In this document: one piece after another, positions 28,243 to 28,656 of the stretch
Position numbering within the stretch: position 1 is the stretch's first letter
Layout: every line of letters begins with the position of its first letter
NCBI GenBank assembly: GCA_963788195.1
Contig: CAWBGA010000016.1
Span: 1-28,656, forward strand
Reading direction: 5' to 3'
Length of the DNA: 28,656 nt
DNA from: Nitrospirota bacterium
GTDB lineage: Bacteria > Nitrospirota > Nitrospiria > Nitrospirales > NS-4
The notes under the pieces: model-generated
Seen by the model: only the letters and a program-made list of their open reading frames with translations
What the model was told of the DNA's origin: nothing
Database searches by the model: none
Translations under genes and position numbers: made by a program

Positions 28243-28640
28243 GGACGCGTCCCACGGGACCAGAGGCTGTCCTGGCAGCCTCGGGGCGGGCGGGTGCAAT
28301 GGCGTCCGGGGAAGGGTGGGTGAAGTGGCGGGTGCCACGGGACAAGGCGCTGTCCAGGGGTTAAGGAGTCTGTCTTCGCAGACTCCAGGGTGGGCGGGTG
28401 GAATGGCAGCGCCGGGGCTGGGTGGGTGCCATGGGAACGGCGCCCCGTCAGACGGGCGCGGGGCCACGGGAAAAGCGGCCGTCTGGGGGCTAAGGAGTCT
28501 GTCTTGGCAGACGGCAGGGTGGGACGGGTGCAATAGCGGCCGCGGGGTTGGGCGGGTGAGATGGTGGGTGTAATAGGGGAAAAGAAATCTGTCTTGGCAG
28601 ATTTCAGGGTGGGAGGGTGTAATGGCTGGGTGTAATAAGT
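28243..28640. repeat. Array of 4 degenerate G-rich repeats, each with a CTG-TCYTSG-CAG hairpin
   Basis: Hairpins at 28263-28282, 28365-28386, 28497-28512 and 28584-28605, each followed by GGG(T/C)GGG..GGGTG(C/G/T)AAT(G/A)GC. Confidence 0.8.
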
Positions 28641-28656
28641 TGAACAGTTTGGCCTG

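Noticed and set aside
28171..28573. Pro-rich (minus) and Gly-rich (plus) ORFs over the terminal repeats
   Set aside because: The amino-acid bias follows from the G-rich DNA repeats. Conservation is at the level of base pairing, and the minus ORF runs into the NikR operator.
28243..28640. CRISPR array interpretation of the terminal repeats
   Set aside because: The repeats are degenerate, spacing is irregular, spacers are themselves repetitive, and no cas genes are in view.

Overview
Bacterial chromosomal window, probably Nitrospirota-like; the taxonomy is inferred from gene style and not verified. From left to right: (1) a complete IS110-family element (19-1181) inserted at a CT core inside a REP-like palindrome, with a readable bridge RNA in its left end. 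(2) Housekeeping genes: nuoA, a MidA/NDUFAF7-type methyltransferase, an orphan FliK-like + FlhB-C pair, secA followed by a GAF-GGDEF cyclase and an unannotated 47-aa zinc-ribbon ORF, and a HEAT-repeat protein. (3) An ~8.4 kb TonB/ExbBD metal-uptake operon (probably copper) containing two paralogous His-rich CAWxC...RAPP leader peptides whose arrest codons are complementary to downstream Shine-Dalgarno sites, plus an unusual secreted TonB-CTD protein with its own TonB-box-like segment. (4) A GH-GT2/ABC exporter/two-glycosyltransferase cassette. (5) A NikR-linked TonB-dependent receptor with tandem operators. (6) A G-rich repeat array whose hairpins show compensatory stem changes. The best candidates for novelty are the dual RAPP-gated TonB system, the IS110 bridge RNA programmed against a REP, and the terminal structured repeat array.
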